From the NCBI GenBank assembly GCA_046328075.1, contig JAXLXG010000007.1:26968-90967 (forward strand): 64,000 bases of DNA. Reading direction: 5' to 3'. Made by a program: the position numbers and the translations under genes. This document shows positions 60,433 to 64,000 of this stretch, piece after piece. The notes under the pieces were generated by a model. The model was not told the DNA's origin. It searched no databases and saw only the letters and a list, made by a program, of their open reading frames with translations. Within the stretch, counting starts at the first letter, position 1. Each line of letters starts with the position of its first letter. This DNA comes from Candidatus Sericytochromatia bacterium (GTDB lineage Bacteria; Cyanobacteriota; Sericytochromatia; UBA7694; JACMQJ01).

Positions 60433-60485
60433 TAAAGTTATAAGACAATAAGAAAAAAATTTAAAATGTCAATGATAATTATAAA

Positions 60486-61400
60486 CTAAATTCCAAAAAA
60501 AGTTTTAGGTACTGAACTATGACCAACTCTCGACTGATATAAAGTAACTCCTTGTTGACCTTTTAACCTTAAAGCATCTGCTTGAGTTGGACTATTTGGG
60601 ATATATATAACATTAAATTTTGCATTAGGATTTACTTTTTTATAGTTATTATACGCCTGTGTTGCCCATGTACCATAACTAGAATCAAATAAATTTATTT
60701 TATCAGCTCTTAATTTACCATCATTAGCTGCATTCATAATAGGTCTCCCCCCTGCACTATGACCTTGAACAGAAATTGAGGATATATAGGCATTAACTCC
60801 AAGTTTATTTTTTACAATATTAATTGTATCATCTTGAAATTTTGTCATATCTTCGCCATATTTACCATTCATCCATGTAAAGTCTTGAGATTTTGGTGGT
60901 CCTTGTGGTATTACTATTATTACATTTTTATTTTTAGGCATATCTTTAATATTTTTTTCTAGACCATTATTAGGCTCAGAAAGAATATTATTTAATTTCC
61001 CATTATGGCCATGAAAGTAATACATTATTTCAAAAGGTTTACTATAATCAACACCTTTAGGTATTATTATTGCAACATCTCTATTGCTATTAGATGATAA
61101 TTTTCCTAACCAAGTCTTACCTTCATATCTTTTAATAGCATTAATATTCTCTATAGATACACCTTTTTCAATAATTGATAAATTATTTTGATTAGTTAAA
61201 GGAGTTTGAGTTGTTGAGAATAATTGTAAAGGATTTAATAAAACAGGCTTTTTTGTAAAATTTGAAGAAATAACATCTTTGGTATTAATAGAAATATTAT
61301 TATTATTTTGGTTTGAATTATTAAAATTTAAGGGTTTTAGATTAGGTTTATTACCTAATAAATTATTAAAATTTAGTCCCCTTAAGATTTTGTTTTCCAT
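60486..61400 (-). CDS. Alpha/beta hydrolase with Asn-rich N-terminal extension
   Basis: YFHGH, GHSAGG nucleophile elbow, LFDSSY, C-terminal GHS. Confidence 0.7.
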   Translation of the reverse strand: MENKILRGLNFNNLLGNKPNLKPLNFNNSNQNNNNISINTKDVISSNFTKKPVLLNPLQLFSTTQTPLTNQNNLSIIEKGVSIENINAIKRYEGKTWLGKLSSNSNRDVAIIIPKGVDYSKPFEIMYYFHGHNGKLNNILSEPNNGLEKNIKDMPKNKNVIIVIPQGPPKSQDFTWMNGKYGEDMTKFQDDTINIVKNKLGVNAYISSISVQGHSAGGRPIMNAANDGKLRADKINLFDSSYGTWATQAYNNYKKVNPNAKFNVIYIPNSPTQADALRLKGQQGVTLYQSRVGHSSVPKTFFGI

Positions 61401-61707
61401 ATAGTTGTTATGGTAATTTTAATAAAAAAAATGCTTATTCTCTATTAAAATTTAGTTTAAATTTAAATTAAGTAAAATAAAATTTGTTTGCTGTTTTACA
61501 ATGAGATAAAGCTATACTAGATAAGAAGTAAAAAGTGAGAAGACAATAGTATTGAAGTTACAATATTGTGGATAAATATTTTTTGCAAACCAACTACTTT
61601 TAAGTAGATATTGTTAAAAGTTTCTTTGTTTCATAAATTAATTTCATTTGATTATATTTTCTTCTCACTTTTTAATTTTTACTTCTTCTCTTTATATTAT
61701 TAGAAAT

Positions 61708-63168
61708 CTAAAATTTTATACAAATATTTTTAACTTCTGTATAAAAATCAATAGAATATTTTCCACCTTCTCTACCTATTCCAGAGTTTTTTACTCCACC
61801 AAAAGGTACTCTTAAGTCTCTTGTCATCCAATTATTAACCCAAACCGTACCACAATCTAAACTATTAGAAACTCTATGAGCTTTAGATAAATTTTCAGTC
61901 CAAATTGTTGCAGACAAGCCATAATCTATATCATTTGCCATATCTATAACCTCAGATTCTTCTTTAAACTTTGTTATTGTAACAACTGGTCCAAAAATTT
62001 CTTCTTGCATAATTTGGCATTTATTATTATATGTTTCAATAATAGTTGGATTAATAAAATAACCTTTTGAAAACTTATTTTCTAAAATTGGTCTACTAGC
62101 ACCATATAAGATTTTATTATTTTCTTTTTCAACTAGAGCTATATAAGATTTTATTTTACTTAAGTGTTGTTCACTGACAATAGCTCCTATATTAGTTTTT
62201 GAATCTAAAGGATCTCCAATAATTAGTTTTTTTGTTGATTCTAAAAATTTATCTAAAAATTCATCATAAATTTTATCTTGAACAAAAACTCTAGAACCAC
62301 ATAAGCAAATTTCACCTTGATTCAAAAAACTTGAGCGTATTGTGGTATTTACACATTCATCAAGATTCACATCATCAAAAATTATATTTGGGTTTTTTCC
62401 TCCAAGTTCTAAACTTAGTTTTTTAAAATAAGGAGCAGTAATTGAAGAAATTATTTTTCCTGTTGCTGTTCCACCTGTAAAGGAAATTGCAGGTATTTTA
62501 GAATGTGAAACAATTTCTTTTCCTATATTTGCTCCCGTACCCATTAATATATTACAAACACCTTTAGGTAAACCTGCTTTATTTAAAACATCACCAAGCA
62601 TATAAGCTGTCATAGATGTAAATTCAGAAGGTTTACAAATAACTGTGTTTCCACAAGCAATAGCAGGTGCGATTTTCCAAGTAAGTAAATAAAGTGGTAA
62701 GTTCCAAGGAGAGATTAAACCTACAACACCTAAAGGCTTTCTTGATGTGTAATTTAAAAAATTATTATTAAATTGATTTGATGTTTCTTCATTATGTAAA
62801 ATAGCACCTGCAAAAAATCTAAAATTATGAATAGAACGTGTTATATCCATTGATTTTGCTAAAGATACTGGTTTACCTTGGTCTATTGATTCTGCTAGAG
62901 CAAATTCATCTATTTTACTTTCCAAAATATCAGCTATTTTATATAAATACTCTGCTCTTACTTGATTTGTTGTATTAGACCAAATTTTAAAAGCTTCTTT
63001 AGCTGACTTAAAAGCCAGTTCTAAATCTTTTGAATTTGAATCAGCTACTTTAGAATAAATCTCTCCAAATGCAGGATTATAATTATCAATGTATTTATTT
63101 TCTAATGGCTCTATATATTCACCATTAATAAAATTGACAATATTATTCAATTTTGGCTCCTTGATCAA
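61708..63168 (-). CDS. Aldehyde dehydrogenase (aminomuconate/hydroxymuconate semialdehyde dehydrogenase-like)
   Basis: ISPWNLPLYLLTWKIAPA, FTGGT, LELGGKNP, GEICLCG, EEIFGP, RDLRVPFGG. Confidence 0.9.
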   Translation of the reverse strand: MIKEPKLNNIVNFINGEYIEPLENKYIDNYNPAFGEIYSKVADSNSKDLELAFKSAKEAFKIWSNTTNQVRAEYLYKIADILESKIDEFALAESIDQGKPVSLAKSMDITRSIHNFRFFAGAILHNEETSNQFNNNFLNYTSRKPLGVVGLISPWNLPLYLLTWKIAPAIACGNTVICKPSEFTSMTAYMLGDVLNKAGLPKGVCNILMGTGANIGKEIVSHSKIPAISFTGGTATGKIISSITAPYFKKLSLELGGKNPNIIFDDVNLDECVNTTIRSSFLNQGEICLCGSRVFVQDKIYDEFLDKFLESTKKLIIGDPLDSKTNIGAIVSEQHLSKIKSYIALVEKENNKILYGASRPILENKFSKGYFINPTIIETYNNKCQIMQEEIFGPVVTITKFKEESEVIDMANDIDYGLSATIWTENLSKAHRVSNSLDCGTVWVNNWMTRDLRVPFGGVKNSGIGREGGKYSIDFYTEVKNICIKF

Positions 63169-64000
63169 TCCATTTTGCTAATATCAATCTTTCCTCATCA
63201 GTTATATGTGTTTTATTACCTAAAGGCATTGTTTTTGTAGTTACAGCTCTTATTTTTATTCTTTCAGCTTTTGATTGTATTTGTTGTGGTGTATCAAACA
63301 TAACACCAACAGGAGCAACCTTAAACATATCATCTGTAGGTTTTGCAGAATGACAAACCATACATCTTTTTTGTATAACTTCTCTTGCTTGATTAAAAGT
63401 TACTTTTTCTGTAGAGACATTTGTATTATTAGAGTTTGAGTTAATTTGATTATCATGATTCTCAACTTGAGCAACTACATTTTTAGGATCAGGAATTGAA
63501 CTTACAAAAAACAATGCAACTAAAGCTACTGTCCCAACTGCTAAAGCTCTAGGAAACCAATATTTAAAATGTTCACTGATATTTAAAAAGTGCTTTATTA
63601 TTACACTTGCAACTATTAAAATTGCTAATAAAAGCCAATTAAGATGATGAGCATAAGCATTAGGAAAATGATTACTAATCATAATAAATATAACTGGATA
63701 TGTCATATAGTTATTATGTTTAGAACGCATTTTTGCTTTTAAACCAGGAGTTGGATCTAATGGTTGTCCACTTGTAACAGCTTTCATCATTACATTTTGT
63801 GCTGGTAAAATTCTCATCCATACATTTGCTGCCATTATTGTTCCAAGCATAGCTCCAATGTGCATATAAGCAGCTCTTGCACTTAATACTTGAGATAGTC
63901 CATAAGCTATTGCTATTACAGCTAAAAAACAAATTGTTGCTAATGGTGCAGGATTCTTAGCTAATTTAGAATTCCATACTGTATCATATATACCCCAAGC
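63143..64000 (-). CDS. puuD: Urate hydroxylase PuuD-like membrane protein with C-terminal cytochrome c (5' end outside window)
   Basis: HIGAMLGTIMAANV, RSKHNNYMTYPVIFIMISNH, heme motif CMVCH; frame open to the window edge. Confidence 0.82.
   Translation of the reverse strand, partial: AWGIYDTVWNSKLAKNPAPLATICFLAVIAIAYGLSQVLSARAAYMHIGAMLGTIMAANVWMRILPAQNVMMKAVTSGQPLDPTPGLKAKMRSKHNNYMTYPVIFIMISNHFPNAYAHHLNWLLLAILIVASVIIKHFLNISEHFKYWFPRALAVGTVALVALFFVSSIPDPKNVVAQVENHDNQINSNSNNTNVSTEKVTFNQAREVIQKRCMVCHSAKPTDDMFKVAPVGVMFDTPQQIQSKAERIKIRAVTTKTMPLGNKTHITDEERLILAKWIDQGAKIE

Noticed and set aside
11048-63932. Other short nested ORFs (11048, 14845, 27514, 28403, 29837, 35162, 41140, 42329, 48333, 51520, 55529, 56012, 63720)
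   Set aside because: All lie within or antisense to well-supported genes and show no independent motifs
1-64000. rRNA, tRNA, CRISPR array, integrase or prophage genes
   Set aside because: None recognisable in this window by eye

Overview
Very AT-rich bacterial window with two parts. The lineage cannot be determined from the sequence alone. (1) About 2-24 kb is an accessory region of unrelated single genes and small operons in mixed orientations: epimerase, S41 peptidase, nitroreductase, GH5 hydrolase, Rieske oxygenase, AraC plus SDR, a methyltransferase and several TPR/WD40 proteins. Two IS insertions each split a TPR gene. Nearly every module boundary there carries a paired quasi-palindromic box, GTTA-N4/5-TAAC, separated by a unique 35-37 nt or 17 nt spacer (9 paired copies plus 1 solo box). 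I saw none beyond 23.6 kb. In several modules the two end boxes match each other as inverted repeats better than they match the neighbouring box. This is an integron-cassette-like signature, but with non-canonical sites and no integrase in the window, and it is the best candidate for an undescribed system. (2) About 24-64 kb holds a FAAL-ACP-KS-AT-KR-ACP PKS (Ols-like, lacking ST-TE), an ABC-type ATPase plus TOPRIM-like gene pair next to MazEF, a complete oleABCD cluster, effector-like Gly/Ala-rich proteins, and housekeeping or metabolic genes (wecB, methylmalonyl-CoA mutase N-subunit, mgtA, aceEF, two ALDHs, pheS, a frameshifted histidine kinase, puuD at the edge). Several homopolymer-associated frameshifts may be real decay or assembly errors.
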